Part shown: piece by piece, positions 22,163 through 31,957 of the stretch
Layout of the letters: each line of letters starts with the position of its first letter
Numbering within the stretch: position 1 is the first letter of the stretch
IMG/VR virus record: IMGVR_UViG_3300045988_056900
DNA: 64,000 nt
Direction: 5' to 3' (one strand)
DNA from: a virus
Notes under the pieces: generated by a model
Told to the model about the DNA's origin: nothing
Database searches by the model: none
The model's input: the letters and a program-made list of their open reading frames with translations, nothing else
Position numbers and translations under genes: made by a program

Positions 22163-22556
22163 TTTGAGATTCTTTAGTAAAAGGAGAAAGTGGCTTTACA
22201 TCCTCCGGTAAATTAGCTATACTGCGTACCTTTGGAAATCCTGTATTTACTTCTTTTACTTTAGTTCTCCACTTAACTACTGGTTTTAATTCGCCAATAG
22301 TTGTCACATTCACAATTGCGTCTGCTGTTCCTTTTACGGATACTTCTTGAGTATTAACATCATAAGATACTTCTATAGTATCTACATTACTCACAGACTT
22401 TGCTTCCTTATTAGAGTGCATCATAGACATCAACTCTAAATATGAAGGTATTACAGGTTGTTGTGCCTGCACGGGTTCAACTGTACTAAGTATATTATAG
22501 CCAACAAATATGCTAGCAATAAATAAACCTACAGCTGACAAAATTCTACTATTCAT
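22155..22556 (-). CDS. Hypothetical membrane-anchored protein
   Basis: N-terminal hydrophobic segment AVGLFIASIFVGYNIL. Confidence 0.65.
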   Translation of the reverse strand: MNSRILSAVGLFIASIFVGYNILSTVEPVQAQQPVIPSYLELMSMMHSNKEAKSVSNVDTIEVSYDVNTQEVSVKGTADAIVNVTTIGELKPVVKWRTKVKEVNTGFPKVRSIANLPEDVKPLSPFTKESQNE

Positions 22557-22623
22557 ATTGATTACGAATTAGTGAACAGTCTCTTAAACTTATATACAAT
22601 ACTCCACCAATTATGGAACCGGC

Positions 22624-24162
22624 TTAGCTTTTTTTTTCTTCAGCTGCAGCCTCTTCTTTCTTGGTTTCCGGATATTCACCTACAAGTACAGGAAGTGGAC
22701 CTTCAAATTCGGCAATCTTGTCCATAGGTGAACGATAGTAGTTGATGATCTTACCAACAGCAAAACGCAGTTGCTCATTAGTAGGAGGAATCTTTCCAGG
22801 GTAATAGTTAGCACGAACAAGAGAGATAACCTTTCTAGCACTATCGCGCGCCATTTTGATTTCTGCCAATTGTTCATCAGTTGCTCCTTCAGGAACAGAA
22901 CATGTGTAGTCATGCATCAATTTGTCAACATAATCCACGCCAATTACTCCCATTGTTGCTTGAATAGCTTTGTCATCTGCCGGATTTTCAATCTTCTCGG
23001 TTTTGATAACATTACCATTAGCATCAATTTTGTCTTCCAAGTTATATCGGAAGTTTTCCTGGATGAATGTACGAACGATAAGTACAACTTCATCATCTGT
23101 AACAGTAGGTACAGCGCCATGAACAATGCAATGTGCACTTACCGGCGAGTTTTCCTTCTTGGTATACAGATATACGGCACGTCCGATTCCTTTCATCAAA
23201 CCAGCTACAGGTACAAGATGGAAAATCTCATTGATCCATTCGTCTATTCGACGATTGTCAATCTTGAGCTTTTCATCAGTAGTACTAGCATTGTTGATAC
23301 AAAGTTTACGATACCATTCAATGGTGTCAATTAAACTAATTACAATGTTACGATCTTTACGTAACAGATATTCCAAAGCACTACAGATCTTTTCATGATC
23401 TGAACCTACTTTTTCAATATCGGTTTCTGGAACTTCAAGTTTAGCCAGTTTAGGATCCTTCAGTTCTTCAGGAATAATAGTTTCCTGTGGTCCAAAAGGA
23501 ATTGCTAACTGACCGTCTGTAGCTCCAGGAAGAGCACGCGGTGATGCAAGTTTCACACCGAACATAGTAGCCATTTCTTGCAACGGCATAATCTGTTCAG
23601 GAGACACTATCAACTGAAGTTTACCTTCAGCCTGCATACCGATCATTTCTTGCTGAACACCGAGCATTCCAAGGAACCATACAGCATTAATCGCTTGATT
23701 AATAGCATTGTATTGTTCAGGGAAGTTCTTCTTCAACTCTTCATTGTTAGTGAATCGTTGATGTCCAACAAATGAAAGCATAGCTTTAGCATCTGTAGAA
23801 CTTGTAGAAGAACCAGTCGGAGCACCGATAGACTTAGCAAGTGTTTTCACTGCTTCAGCCGGATCTACTTCTTCAGCAATAACTGTAGGAGTCTTATCCT
23901 TCTTTGGCTTTGGCTGTTGTGCAGCACCTTTCTGGGCGGGCTGTTTGTCAGTCTTAGCCTGAGTCTGCGCTTTTTCCTCTTTCTTAGGTTGAGCAGCAGC
24001 CGGCTTTTCAGTTGCTGCTGGTGCAGCTACTTGCTGAGTTGTTTCAGCACTTCCTTTCTCGGTTTTAGTTACTTTTGCAGTGTTACCTGCTTTAGCTGTT
24101 TCTGCAGGTTTTGCTGCAGTACTTGCAGCTGCTTGAGCTGCTTTGTTTTTCTTAGACGACAT
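22624..24162 (-). CDS. Large phage protein with low-complexity A/K/T/Q N-terminus, 512 aa
   Basis: Uninterrupted long ORF with a lysine-rich C-terminus. Confidence 0.8.
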   Translation of the reverse strand: MSSKKNKAAQAAASTAAKPAETAKAGNTAKVTKTEKGSAETTQQVAAPAATEKPAAAQPKKEEKAQTQAKTDKQPAQKGAAQQPKPKKDKTPTVIAEEVDPAEAVKTLAKSIGAPTGSSTSSTDAKAMLSFVGHQRFTNNEELKKNFPEQYNAINQAINAVWFLGMLGVQQEMIGMQAEGKLQLIVSPEQIMPLQEMATMFGVKLASPRALPGATDGQLAIPFGPQETIIPEELKDPKLAKLEVPETDIEKVGSDHEKICSALEYLLRKDRNIVISLIDTIEWYRKLCINNASTTDEKLKIDNRRIDEWINEIFHLVPVAGLMKGIGRAVYLYTKKENSPVSAHCIVHGAVPTVTDDEVVLIVRTFIQENFRYNLEDKIDANGNVIKTEKIENPADDKAIQATMGVIGVDYVDKLMHDYTCSVPEGATDEQLAEIKMARDSARKVISLVRANYYPGKIPPTNEQLRFAVGKIINYYRSPMDKIAEFEGPLPVLVGEYPETKKEEAAAEEKKS

Positions 24163-24222
24163 TTTGATAATGTTTTAAATTGTTAATAAATAAATGAATT
24201 CTGATAGATTATTTAATGAGGT

Positions 24223-24591
24223 TCAACTATCATCCTCATAAGCTGGCGAGTCTCTGCCCTTAGTAGTATGACCACTAACTAATGCGTCTGATAATACTTC
24301 GGATGGATATGAAATGTAACTCATTACTCCTGACTGGCATGTAGTCTCTGTCACTAAAACTACTGGTAATGTGCAATCCATATCCGTATTATCTACGGTA
24401 TTAATTAGCTGGATAATAGAAGCTGTAGTATCATTTTTAGTAAAATGATTTACAGCCTCTTTACCCAACATACCTACTAATAGACCAGCTAATATAGTGA
24501 ATAGAAATACCCACCACATTTTTGTGGAACGCATAGCGCGTGCTAATACTGCTCCAAATAGAAGCAATACTAAAATCCATGTTGCTGACAT
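24223..24591 (-). CDS. Small membrane protein
   Basis: Two N-terminal hydrophobic helices. Confidence 0.6.
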   Translation of the reverse strand: MSATWILVLLLFGAVLARAMRSTKMWWVFLFTILAGLLVGMLGKEAVNHFTKNDTTASIIQLINTVDNTDMDCTLPVVLVTETTCQSGVMSYISYPSEVLSDALVSGHTTKGRDSPAYEDDS

Positions 24592-24602
24592 AATTAGTAA
24601 AT

Positions 24603-25178
24603 TTAATCTGTTAATAATTCTTTTAGTTTCTCTCTTGCCTTATTAAGGCGTGATTTAACTTGAGACTCTGTGAGTCCAAGATGCTCTGAAATCTGTTTGT
24701 AAGACAGATTTTGTATAGAGCGTAGTTCAATTATATTCCTATACTTCCAACGAAGTCGCGACAAGGCATTATCTAGAGCATCACTTTTCTCTGAGAAGAT
24801 ATAATCTTCTTCAGGTGAATAACTGGCCTGGCTACTCAACTGCAGAGAGTTGGCATCGTCGTCAATCCAATAGTTCGCTTTTTCCTTTTTAGTATGTCGA
24901 ATATAATCAATACTAGTATTTATTGCAATAGTTTTTAACCACATCTCAAATGAGATATTGTTTATATAACTATCTAGCTTACTAAAAGCTTTAGTAAAAG
25001 TAACTGATAATAAATCATCAGCTACATCTTTATTATTTACAATATAATAAATTGTATTATAAATAATCTTACTAAAACGATTATAAAGCCTTGTGAAGGC
25101 AGATTGTTTACCTTCTTTTGCCTGTTTGATCAGTTCGAAAATCTGTTGCTTTTCTAAATCTGTCATAATTACGGGCAT
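24603..25178 (-). CDS. Phage-encoded ECF-like RNA polymerase sigma factor
   Basis: Region 2 AFTRLYNRFSKIIYNTIYYIVNNKDVADDLLSVTFTKAFSKLDSYINNISFEMWLKTIAINTSIDYIRH; region 4 SYKQISEHLGLTESQVKSRLNKAREKLKELL. Confidence 0.88.
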   Translation of the reverse strand: MPVIMTDLEKQQIFELIKQAKEGKQSAFTRLYNRFSKIIYNTIYYIVNNKDVADDLLSVTFTKAFSKLDSYINNISFEMWLKTIAINTSIDYIRHTKKEKANYWIDDDANSLQLSSQASYSPEEDYIFSEKSDALDNALSRLRWKYRNIIELRSIQNLSYKQISEHLGLTESQVKSRLNKAREKLKELLTD

Positions 25179-25331
25179 TTTGTGAGAGGTAATCGCTAGA
25201 GTATGTGCATATATATTACTGTTTTATTGAAGTAACTCTAAAGTTAATCTGGCACGTGGACTACTGTTATTCATCCTTTTTGCTTGACCTCTCTCGTTAG
25301 TAGTTATAGGGCCGATCAAAGCCCTATAACC

Positions 25332-25688
25332 TTAAAATGGTAATCCTAGTTCATATCTACAGTGATACTCCATATAATCTTTTGAGAACTTTTGATAAGC
25401 ATCCCAAATACATTCCATAAATTCTCTTTTCATAGCTATAGATATTCTATTTGAAGAGAGTTTATTAACCATTCCGCATACTATTCTAATACGGACATCC
25501 AGAGTAAACTTAGTATCCTTACCAATTCTTTGAAGTATATTAGTATCAAACCAATATATTATGTGTCTAACAGATTCATGAGTTTTCTCTAAATTTGTAT
25601 AGACCCACCATGATGCTCTCCAATGAAATGATTGATATTGTTTACCCCACGGAGTATATACTCTGTTAGTAAGACTGTATAATACCAT
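25332..25688 (-). CDS. Hypothetical protein
   Basis: Complete ORF, 118 aa. Confidence 0.65.
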   Translation of the reverse strand: MVLYSLTNRVYTPWGKQYQSFHWRASWWVYTNLEKTHESVRHIIYWFDTNILQRIGKDTKFTLDVRIRIVCGMVNKLSSNRISIAMKREFMECIWDAYQKFSKDYMEYHCRYELGLPF

Positions 25689-26136
25689 TTTCCTTTTTGA
25701 TTTCTCTAGCTATCTTGCATATTACAAGTTGTGCTTGTGCAGCTGACCAACCTGTCATACTCATGATATATACTTTAGTACTCATAGCACCTCTACCTGG
25801 AATAGAAGTATCTACTTTATACCTTTCTTTAAAAGTGTGATACATAGCATCATCAATGCTTGGCATCTTCGCACCACGCATAGAACGTAATTCTATGGGT
25901 AGTTGACATACATCTGATGATTCATAAGGATAAAACACATACATCTCTGGATGTGCATATATACTTTGAATCTCAAGAGATTCTTCCTTTACTTCTTTGA
26001 ATTTTGCTTTTTGAAAAGCATCATTCATAATAATCGCAGAAACTATCCTTAAATGAGGAGTTTCACCAACAACAATTGCTAGAAGTTCGATATCACTTCC
26101 AACCACTTGATATACGCCTGGTTCATTTAGTCTCAT
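25666..26136 (-). CDS. Hypothetical protein
   Basis: 156 aa ORF overlapping both neighbours. Confidence 0.65.
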   Translation of the reverse strand: MRLNEPGVYQVVGSDIELLAIVVGETPHLRIVSAIIMNDAFQKAKFKEVKEESLEIQSIYAHPEMYVFYPYESSDVCQLPIELRSMRGAKMPSIDDAMYHTFKERYKVDTSIPGRGAMSTKVYIMSMTGWSAAQAQLVICKIAREIKKENGIIQSY

Positions 26137-26321
26137 GGTTTATTGATTTCTTTTTTAAAGTTATCTACTATACCAGATACTTGATCCATAGTTAGTTGTG
26201 GATATTTATCCATTACTTTACCTATTGCTTCAATATCTGATTTGCTTTCGTTCAACATTTTCTTGAACTCTCTCTCTTCTTGTCTGGAGTCAAACCAAAC
26301 CCACCAAGGTACTACGCGCAT
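26133..26321 (-). CDS. Hypothetical small protein
   Basis: 62 aa, overlaps both neighbours. Confidence 0.5.
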   Translation of the reverse strand: MRVVPWWVWFDSRQEEREFKKMLNESKSDIEAIGKVMDKYPQLTMDQVSGIVDNFKKEINKP

Positions 26322-26590
26322 TGATATTCGTATTCTTTAATTTTGTTATTCAATAGCTCCCATTTTTCCTTGTCGATATCAGTTGCTTCTACTAAGTAGA
26401 TGATATCACAAGATGCTCTAAATACACCACGAATGTAGTTCATTCCCTCTTTATAATGATATTTGTTCTTATAAATTCTGGGAACATTTGCATGTAGACG
26501 AGTTATTAACTCTGTCTTCATTTTCAGTTCTGTTGCAGCTTTCTCCCATGATTCTGGTAAGTTCTGCCTAATAAAGTTCATTAATCCCAT
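26312..26590 (-). CDS. Hypothetical small protein
   Basis: 92 aa ORF. Confidence 0.6.
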   Translation of the reverse strand: MGLMNFIRQNLPESWEKAATELKMKTELITRLHANVPRIYKNKYHYKEGMNYIRGVFRASCDIIYLVEATDIDKEKWELLNNKIKEYEYQCA

Positions 26591-26625
26591 TTCAAATTAA
26601 TTTATTGATTAAACTTAATTTAATT

Positions 26626-26686
26626 GTGGCATTAGAGGGAATCGAACCCTCTAACAGCTCTTACGTCTGATCTAGCCTGATATGCC
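26626..26686 (-). ncRNA. Degenerate tRNA-like element, no anticodon arm
   Basis: Minus: GGCATAT...GCTAGATCAGACGTAAGAGC-TGTTA-GAGGG-TTCGATT-CCCTC-TAATGCC. Perfect T-arm; acceptor pairs at 5 of 7 positions. Confidence 0.45.
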
Positions 26687-27107
26687 TTACCACTTAGTTT
26701 TATATTTATTAAAATACTACGAGGCGACTGTCACTATTTCTAGCGCTAAAATCTATTTCACAACCCCATCATTAGTAACAGTTTCTCTTTAAATAAAGAG
26801 TTGTTAACCAGGATACTGTATGCTCCCCTGGGGATATCTCACGCTGCTAAGCGTGTATAATCCATTACATAACTTGTATTGCCAGTTATCTGCTTATTGA
26901 CCTATTCTACTTCACATTGTCGCAGTCAAATGCCTAGATGCCCCATTTAAAGTAGTACTCTTACAAAATTTAACTTATAGTTTGAGTACTACTCCCGATC
27001 TTCCTATCGCTGTTAATGAAAAAACTCTTAGAGAGAAATCGAAAATTAGCGTAAGATTTCTATACGGGCCTCTTATTATTCTTGCTTATTCCATTTTTTG
27101 TGGAGCA

Positions 27108-27157
27108 TGAGGGAGTCGAACCCTCGTCCTAACGACTGATTCATAGACCTAACAGTC
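27108..27157 (-). ncRNA. Partial tRNA-like 3' half (T-arm plus an upstream hairpin)
   Basis: Minus: GACTG-(14 nt)-CAGTC-GTTAGGAC-GAGGG-TTCGACT-CCCTC. Confidence 0.4.
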
Positions 27158-27315
27158 AATGAGTTTATAAGATTAATTGAAGTATAACTCGCGTACAGAA
27201 TTAAGCCATTCTTCCTGCTTTATTATTTAACACAGTTCACAGCACTCTCTACAGGTGAGCCTTCGTTATGTTATACAATATCCCTGCTATTTTTACAATT
27301 AATCTTATATTGTGA

Positions 27316-27341
27316 CTAGGTAGGCGACCAAACCTACCTAG
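27316..27341. other. Perfect 9-bp hairpin
   Basis: CTAGGTAGG-CGACCAAA-CCTACCTAG. Confidence 0.7.
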
Positions 27342-27788
27342 CCTATGGTCTTTTACGATATTTAAAGTATTCTCATACTATTAATGCCTTGATAACCTGT
27401 CTTGGAAGTATAGAATACTTTTCAGCTTCTATACGGCATGATGTCTAGCATCGCACTATTCCAAAAATGCCGACTTGATATCATAAGAATGCTATTGCAT
27501 AATATACTCAAAGAGTATAGAATCTGTATTTATATATTGCGCAATTTATATATACATCCTCATGATCTTAGGCACATGATCAGTGGCACGTTGTCATAAT
27601 GTCCTACTCTGGCATCGGTTGTATTACTACACCTTACACTTGTTGTATGCATGTCAATTCATGCATGAGCTGCATCTTCTGGTACTTAGCACATAAAATG
27701 TCATCACCACCTATTAGCTACTTTCTCTAGTTAGGTTATATAGTCAGTATTTCTACTGCTAAAACACTATACCTGGACTATGCGCGGA

Positions 27789-28253
27789 TTAAAGGGACAA
27801 CAGTTGTCCATCCCATCTCCAATCATAACGGGCTTTCGGGTACTGGTTAAGCAATTTGTTTTGCTGTTCCTGATACCATTTGTCAACTTCACGAAGAAGA
27901 TTGTTAGCCTCTTTGTAGAGCTCTTTACAATCCTTCAGGTAGTCTTCAATAGTGATGCCGCCGTTACGCAGTTTATCATCTTTTTCAGAGAACTTCTTCA
28001 AGTAATTGAGTTTGACCTCTTTTTCCTTGTCGGTCTTTTTCATACTCAAATAAGTTGCAAGACGAGTATACTCACTCTTCAAAGTTACGTCAATATGACG
28101 TTCCGTGAGCTCCTCTTTACGCTGTTTTGCAATCTTTTCAGCAGCAGCTTTTGCAACATCTTCTGTTACAGTTGAGCCATTGTTGATTACTTCTTCAATG
28201 TTCTCTGCTGATACTTTTGTAATATCAGCTACTTTTGCTTCTTCTTTTGTCAT
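27789..28253 (-). CDS. Hypothetical protein, 154 aa
   Basis: Complete ORF with a conserved ATTATCAA leader. Confidence 0.7.
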   Translation of the reverse strand: MTKEEAKVADITKVSAENIEEVINNGSTVTEDVAKAAAEKIAKQRKEELTERHIDVTLKSEYTRLATYLSMKKTDKEKEVKLNYLKKFSEKDDKLRNGGITIEDYLKDCKELYKEANNLLREVDKWYQEQQNKLLNQYPKARYDWRWDGQLLSL

Positions 28254-28300
28254 TTTTTGATAATGTTTAAAGATTGATACTATTGTTAATTAATCTCGAG

Positions 28301-28567
28301 TTATTTACTCTTCTTTTTTGCAAGATATTCTTTACGAAGACGTCTCTTGCGTTGGTTACATGATTCACGTTTACCTGCTTTGACAAGTTTACGATTCTCA
28401 TATGCCTGTTCTCTTTTCCAGCTATTTTCACGAATGAGCTGTAAATAGATAATCTCACGAGCTATATTAGCTTCTGCTTTAGCTTTATGAGCATTGATGC
28501 GTCCTTGAATTATCTCTTTTGACACACCTCTTTTTCTCATTTCTGAGATAATTCTTCTTTGTCCCAT
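28301..28567 (-). CDS. Basic hypothetical protein
   Basis: 88 aa, K/R-rich. Confidence 0.6.
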   Translation of the reverse strand: MGQRRIISEMRKRGVSKEIIQGRINAHKAKAEANIAREIIYLQLIRENSWKREQAYENRKLVKAGKRESCNQRKRRLRKEYLAKKKSK

Positions 28568-28776
28568 ATTTTTGATAATTTGGTTTTAGAATTAAAAAAA
28601 GAACTGTTCTGTATATTCCTATCTCTTATTCTACAGATAACCCCTATCCTTCTCTCCCTTTATCTGTAGATTTACAGATTGCCGTTGAATAGCCATTACA
28701 TAGTAATATGTATTAGGGTTTTGGTATATTTACAGTTCTTTCGGGTTGATTGGAATCCACCATACTAACAATTTAA

Positions 28777-29046
28777 TTAGTAATATAAATCAGGTAAATA
28801 AGGCTCTGGCGGAATCTTATTTACCATTTTTAAGTATTCATCGTAATGAAATATCTTTTTCCATTTTTCTAGTTCTTCATTACGCTTACGTAGAAGTCTT
28901 TCCTGATACGTAAGTTTTGTTGCCATTCTGAGTTTACACTCAAGATCACATTCACTACAGTCGATAATATTATCTTGTGTAGGACATTCGTTAGAAATTG
29001 AATTTGAAGTTTTCATGATCATCTCGACCAAATAAGTGTTTGACAA
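28777..29046 (-). CDS. Cys-rich small hypothetical protein
   Basis: CPTQDNIIDCSECDLECKLR. Confidence 0.6.
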   Translation of the reverse strand: MSNTYLVEMIMKTSNSISNECPTQDNIIDCSECDLECKLRMATKLTYQERLLRKRNEELEKWKKIFHYDEYLKMVNKIPPEPYLPDLYY

Positions 29047-29404
29047 TCATAGGTTTACATATTCTTGCAAATTCTTTTGCTGTATCCCTGTCTTTGAATT
29101 CCAAGGAATTACCGACAGCAGCATAAGCACCAGCATGGCCGAGCTCATAGTGCGAACCAACAACGAGCAAGCCCGAAGATTTTCTATTATCTGTATAGTT
29201 CCAACCCCATATATAATACCTTATCTCTTTTGGATCTATTGTTGTAGGTTTCCAGCCTTCATTTAAAGCTTTTGCAACAGTTTCTAACTTGATGAAGTTC
29301 CTAGTTTCATCTGTTAATTTGTAACTTTTATAATTAGCTACAGGACGAAGACCTAGTATTTTACATGCGTCTTCATAAGGTTTCTCTTTACTTAACTTAA
29401 TCAT
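28991..29404 (-). CDS. Hypothetical protein
   Basis: 137 aa ORF. Confidence 0.65.
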   Translation of the reverse strand: MIKLSKEKPYEDACKILGLRPVANYKSYKLTDETRNFIKLETVAKALNEGWKPTTIDPKEIRYYIWGWNYTDNRKSSGLLVVGSHYELGHAGAYAAVGNSLEFKDRDTAKEFARICKPMIVKHLFGRDDHENFKFNF

Positions 29405-29501
29405 GCCTTTTTGCGATTATAAGGTTCCATTTTCTTATGCTTAGGACGTTTTTTGTATTCCGTCTTAGTTTTTACTTCTTTCTCCTTATTCTTTCCCATA
29501 A

Positions 29502-29972
29502 TTAAAAGAGTTTTAATATACCATTGATCTCTTTCAAATAATATGGAATATTTGAAAGATGTTTAGCCTCAAGAACTTTCTTACAAGTAGGTTGTAATCT
29601 TCCAGCACTTATCAGATATTTAATTATATCTGTATTTTGCTGACGAATATCTGCATCATTGAGGAATCTTTTTACAAATTCTACTTTGAATAAACTTTCA
29701 TTGCTGAAGTTCACAGGATTACCTACTTTTGTGATAATATTATCACAGAATATAGATGTAAGTTCTTCAAGATTTGGTTCCTTAGCAGTCATTGTTTCTG
29801 CTTTTGATACTAATATTTTAGCTACATCAACATCTTCGAAATCAACAATCTTTAAATTGTCTGATTCTATTTTTATATGTTGAGTCATAGCATTAGCAAT
29901 GTCCCGAATGGTTATATCTTTACGGGCATTACTAACATAATCGCCTTCAAATAAAATTACTATTGCTTTCAT
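29502..29972 (-). CDS. Hypothetical protein
   Basis: 156 aa ORF. Confidence 0.65.
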   Translation of the reverse strand: MKAIVILFEGDYVSNARKDITIRDIANAMTQHIKIESDNLKIVDFEDVDVAKILVSKAETMTAKEPNLEELTSIFCDNIITKVGNPVNFSNESLFKVEFVKRFLNDADIRQQNTDIIKYLISAGRLQPTCKKVLEAKHLSNIPYYLKEINGILKLF

Positions 29973-29974
29973 AA

Positions 29975-30223
29975 TTATTGATTAATTACTTTTATTTCTA
30001 TTTCATACTCATCTAATTCTGCCTTAATATCATCAGTAGATGATTCAGACTGAATTTCAAAATATGGACATAATTGAACTTCTTCACTTGGTTTGCTTCT
30101 AGCTATAGCTTTTGCTACAGATATAGGCATACCTAAGATTTTATTTAATGCTAACATATTAGCATAAAGATGACCAGTATGTAGAATCATACTAGTAATG
30201 TACCTTTTGGATTCCTTTTTCAT
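29975..30223 (-). CDS. Hypothetical protein
   Basis: 82 aa ORF tightly spaced to its neighbour. Confidence 0.55.
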   Translation of the reverse strand: MKKESKRYITSMILHTGHLYANMLALNKILGMPISVAKAIARSKPSEEVQLCPYFEIQSESSTDDIKAELDEYEIEIKVINQ

Positions 30224-30701
30224 TTTTACATAGGCTTTAAAATTGTTAGTTAATAAATATGATGACGTCTGTATACAGCACTATATACAGAATAATTTAC
30301 CGCAGTGCTACGGAGATTTGAGACTAATACTATAAAGCAATAGCGCTCTATTGCACATCTGTTATTAAAGAAATCATTTCCACATATTACTATGTTTAAT
30401 TTAAACCCTCACATGTTTTAGGATTACTCCAGAGTACAAGCAGAAAAGGCTGTCAAACCTAATCTTATCACTCACCTGATTTTAACGTCCGCACGATCGT
30501 AGTATTTGCAATTATCAGTACTAATTAGAGTAATTGCCACCCTTCTTCTCCCGCTTAAAAATACTACTTACGCCCCACAGGCTTGTCATCTTCTGAAGAC
30601 TAGTCTATTCTCACGAACAAACTAGTTGTGTCGAAATTTTTAAACCATTTCTATGCAAAATGCTTCAAAAAACTGTAATAACTTGTTTTAATTATTACTC
30701 T

Positions 30702-31160
30702 CTAACGCCTTAGAGAATCACGAGGATTCTTCACAGAATCCATTGGGGTAATTATATCACGCTGAATAACTGCGCCTTTGAGTACATCTTTAAAATGCTC
30801 TTTGTTTGATTCATATATATAAACAATGTCACTATTCGACAATGATGTACCATGAGTCATAAGTATATCAATTAGAATAGCTTCAGGCATTGCTAAAAAT
30901 ATACTATCAATGCGCATTCCCTCTTTCACGTCTTCTCTAAATTTGAGAATTTCTTGTACCGTTGGTACATGTTCAACTGCTTTTGCAGTATCAATGCAAA
31001 CTGATTCGTCTTCCGACGTAACAATCTTAGCAATAGGTTCATGACACAGAAACACTATTACTCCAGTAGCGATTGCTAATGCAATGACTACTAATATCGT
31101 CCAAAAGCATCCATTAGACGATTTTCTTACTACAGGATATTGATTATCTTCCATACTCAA
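30702..31160 (-). CDS. Membrane protein, single N-terminal TM
   Basis: FWTILVVIALAIATGVIVFL. Confidence 0.65.
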   Translation of the reverse strand: MSMEDNQYPVVRKSSNGCFWTILVVIALAIATGVIVFLCHEPIAKIVTSEDESVCIDTAKAVEHVPTVQEILKFREDVKEGMRIDSIFLAMPEAILIDILMTHGTSLSNSDIVYIYESNKEHFKDVLKGAVIQRDIITPMDSVKNPRDSLRR

Positions 31161-31342
31161 TCCTCCAGTTCATCTAGTAGTTCAGATACTACGGACGGAG
31201 TCTCGATGATATCGAACTTCTCACCGCATATTGATACTAAACTTCCGTTACTATTTCCACAGCAGTAATCTAATGATACTGATGTGAATGTTAACTCTTC
31301 TCCGTCCACTGTATGGACTGTAGCAGATCTTTTTTTTCCCAT
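31157..31342 (-). CDS. Small hypothetical protein
   Basis: 61 aa, overlaps the downstream start. Confidence 0.55.
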   Translation of the reverse strand: MGKKRSATVHTVDGEELTFTSVSLDYCCGNSNGSLVSICGEKFDIIETPSVVSELLDELED

Positions 31343-31368
31343 TTTGATAATGTTTTTAAAATTAATAA

Positions 31369-31698
31369 TTATTTAATAGTATCACCTACAAAGTATACAT
31401 TCATATATAAATAATCTGCAATATACGCTTTGTATTCATTTCCAGTAACAGGATTTACTAAACGTATTACATATGTATCTTCATCTTCTTGATATTTATC
31501 AGATACTACATAATGTTTAAACCTCATTTGCAAATCCACAAAACCATATGGATCTTTAGGCTCCCAGTTCTTTAGTATATAAATAATAACTACTATAGTT
31601 ACCATTACTACTAATAACTTGCTTGTTGAGTTAAGAATATTACTACTCCTTCTTATCATACTATTTGTTGATTTCCTTCCATAATTCAATTCCTTCAT
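31369..31698 (-). CDS. Membrane protein
   Basis: TM segment LLVVMVTIVVIIYIL. Confidence 0.6.
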   Translation of the reverse strand: MKELNYGRKSTNSMIRRSSNILNSTSKLLVVMVTIVVIIYILKNWEPKDPYGFVDLQMRFKHYVVSDKYQEDEDTYVIRLVNPVTGNEYKAYIADYLYMNVYFVGDTIK

Positions 31699-31762
31699 GT
31701 ATTACTAGGAAAACAACAGCAATTGCTCCTATAAATAGAAGTAAATTGAAAAATGTTGTCAT
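31640..31762 (-). CDS. Single-TM microprotein with two TAG codons (absent from the track)
   Basis: MTTFFNLLLFIGAIAVVFLVIHEGIELWKEINK(TAG)YDKKE(TAG)TAA. Confidence 0.45.
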
Positions 31763-31957
31763 TATTATTTAATTTGTTAATACTGTTAAATAATTTTAAA
31801 TACATTAGCTTCACATGCAAACTAGGAAGATTTGTTTTTAACATGTTACTAGACTCTATCACCACGATGAGGTTGTATTTATTGATAGAGAAGACTACTA
31901 CAACACCTTATTAGACTCGGATTTTACATGTAGTAGTCGGGGAATACGTGACAGGTA

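Noticed and set aside
22680-23398. ORFs overlapping the 512-aa gene in other frames
   Set aside because: By-products of a long biased coding sequence; no motifs.
16246-27157. Calling the minus-strand tRNA-like elements functional decoding tRNAs
   Set aside because: No normal 5-bp/7-nt anticodon arm could be placed in 16246-16303 or 18209-18274, so no anticodon can be assigned.
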